Shown here piece after piece: positions 59,701-62,007 of a stretch of 62,007 bases of DNA. Numbering within the stretch: position 1 is the first letter of the stretch; every line of letters begins with the position of its first letter. The stretch covers positions 441,821 to 503,827 of the forward strand of contig WELB01000015.1 of the NCBI GenBank assembly GCA_009602725.1, read 5' to 3'. The notes beneath the pieces were generated by a model. The model did not search any database, was not told the DNA's origin, and worked only from the letters and a program-made list of their open reading frames with translations. Position numbers and translations under genes: made by a program. This DNA comes from Spirogloea muscicola (Eukaryota).

Positions 59701-62007
59701 AAGGAGTGGCTCATCACTCACCAGCCTGCCAGGAAGGAGGAACTTGAGGCAACGGTCTGGCCGCAGAATGTGCGCCATCATCTCAGCCTCCAGGTTGGCA
59801 AGCTCCAGCCTCAGGCTGTGGTATTCAGTCATGTCATCCTCCTGCAAGGGCGCCACCACACGACCAGAGGCTTCAGGGCGGCTCTGAAGAATAACGTCTA
59901 TGTAATCAAGCCTTCCTGGACTACATTCTCCATGATGCCAATGAAGCGGCACCTTAACAAGCCTGTTTCTGCAGCGGGCCTGTGTCAGAGAAGCCCATCC
60001 CCCCCAGCATTGTAAGGCAGCCTCAGCTGGCGAGCCATAGCCTGCAGTTTGTGACCCGGGTTCTCACTTTGGACGAAGCATCAATGTCTGCGGCCTCCTT
60101 CTCCAGCTTTGCCACTTGCTCCTCAATGGTCGGCAGCGCCTGCACTTCCAAAGGGCACACCCAGACATCAAGAGCTTTAGCAACACATGTGGCTGGCAAG
60201 TGCTGCTCGTCGCAGCATTGCAGTAGACCATTGCGTGGCTCTAGCCAGGAAGAGACCTGCTATTCAACCAACACCCCTACTGAGCAGCTCCGTGCAATTT
60301 TGCCCGAGACAGCAAGGCAAGGCGCACCTTCTCATGCTGGAACTGGTGAAAGGAGTGCTCAATCACGTACTCAGCGTCAAACCGGCCCTCAGCGCGGCTC
60401 ATAAGGTTCAGGAGCGTGTAGTAGCTGAGCCGGAACGTGCTCACCAGCGGTGCGGGCCGCCCGAGAATCATTTCTCGGCAGATGGTTGCATCCATCTGCA
60501 TGGTCACTCAGAGAGGAGCGCTCGGATTGAGGTAACGGGAGGTCAACTGCACAGCAAATGGCAGATATCCATCCGAGCAAGTGCCGGCTTTAGATCACAT
60601 GCAATGTGAAATGCGGGCTGCGCATACGACGCCTGACTCTCTACCTTACCATCAGCAGTGCATTGTTGCAGTTTGCAGACTTACCAGTGGGCAGTGCCCT
60701 CCCTGCCAGCACTGACAGCTGATGGCCAAGCCCGGAACGCAGTGCGATCAGGCAGCGCAATGTGAGTTGCTGCTGGAGTCAGGGCTCGTGGTTGTGACGA
60801 CCGTGCGGTGTGGGTACCTGCTCGTCAATCATCATGATGCAGATGCCGCGCTCGTCCTTGCCGCGCCGTCCCGCTCGACCGCTCATCTGCAACAGCAGAC
60901 AGGACCCTTGTGGCAGTGCGGCCGGCGGAGGCAACAGGTACGACTCGCTCCCCATTACAGGATGAGGGCAGCAACCATGATCTGGCGCGCAGAATCGTGG
61001 ACACTTTAAGACCGGCCTGTGGGACTAGACAGGAGGGAAAGCGTGAGCTCAACAATCAAGCCCCGGCGTGATTAACAGAAGCACCCACACACAGGCATGG
61101 AAAGAGAAAGTGGTGCGCAGTGCCTCCGGCAGGGTCCTCAGCATCAGGAGGTGGCCTGCACCTGGATGTACTCCCCGGAAGACATCCAGCGGTGCGCATC
61201 TCCGTCCCACTTGCGCATGGCGGTGAACACCACTGTCTTTGCTGGCATGTTCAGGCCCATCGCAAACTGCTCGTAGGGCACCAGCCAGCTCAGTGGGCGA
61301 GCATCAGCGCCAAGCGGCTGCACACTGAGGGAGAAGGGGATCTGCAAGGAAGGGAAGGGAGGAGCAAGACCCGGGGTGGGAGGGGACAGCGCGGCTAGCG
61401 TACCGTCTCGGTTGCAAAGAGTGCCTTGATGAGGCCCTCCTGAAAGAGAATCTCGATGACCTCCTTGAGGATGGGCAGCAGGCCTGAATGGTGCACCGCG
61501 ATGCCGCGCTTGAGCAGCGGCAGGATGAGCGCAACCTGCGGCAGCTCCCGGTCCTCCTCCGTCAGCACCTGCGCACACCGAGCGAGCGGTCAACCTATTA
61601 GATCAGGCAGAGGAGTGGCTGGATGTTTTTCACGGGCGTGAGAGTGGACGAGAAATAAGCAGAGGAGGCAAGCCAAGGGAGGGCCTATCCGCCCGAGGCA
61701 AGGAGACGGTCTGAGTGGAAACAAGGCATGTGGCAAGTGGGGTGCAGGCAGCGCAGGCAACCCACCTGGATGGCGCTGGAGAAGACCTGCGTCACGGCCT
61801 CGCAGTCAGCTTCGGAATTGAAGTTGAGCTTGGACATGGACATGGCGTATTGCTCGCACTCGCGCCGGCTGAAGCTGAACACGATCACGGGCTGGAACTT
61901 GCGGTCCATGATCATCTTGACGATCTTGAAGATGTCGGACTGGGGCCCGGTGCCGCCGCCAGCCCCGCCCGGTCGGCCCCTGCCGCCGGCCGCCGCGCCA
62001 GCCCCCC
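56773..62007 (-). CDS. HEN2: MTR4/HEN2-family DExH RNA helicase (exosome cofactor), 5' part outside the window. Exons >62007-61766, 61568-61404, 61266-61162, 60886-60818, 60495-60328, 60139-60068, 59841-59722, 59496-59269, 59143-58985, 58855-58766, 58605-58510, 58161-58008, 57824-57676, 57519-57427, 57227-57135, 56883-56773
   Basis: [57 protein letters not shown], arch/[35 protein letters not shown]. The terminal [12 protein letters not shown] resembles plant HEN2 more than MTR4 (from recall). Confidence 0.93.

Overview
Eukaryotic, GC-rich DNA, most consistent with a green-lineage (streptophyte/algal) genome; this is inferred from a HEN2-type helicase and tRNA-iMet-primed chromoviruses. Bases ~1-52,400 are a dense cluster of nested transposons. 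It holds chromodomain-bearing Ty3/Gypsy elements with about six LTR families (named A, A2, B, C, D, E here), many solo LTRs with readable target-site duplications (TSDs), a Ty1/Copia remnant, a pogo/Tigger-type DDD transposase split by a 7.5-kb nest of insertions, a Harbinger-like MITE, and about ten 5'-truncated insertions of a restriction-like-endonuclease (CRE-like) non-LTR retrotransposon. These non-LTR insertions lack poly(A) tails and share a 3' stem-loop. Bases ~54,400-62,007 carry two spliced host genes on the minus strand: a RING-HC protein with C-terminal membrane segments, and the 3' part of an MTR4/HEN2 DExH RNA helicase with one GC-AG intron. No element looks autonomous. I found no clearly new biological system. 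The most unusual signals are the promiscuous RLE retrotransposon tails, a conserved helix that sequesters the PBS, an inverted-TSD junction and a 4-bp-TSD LTR family.
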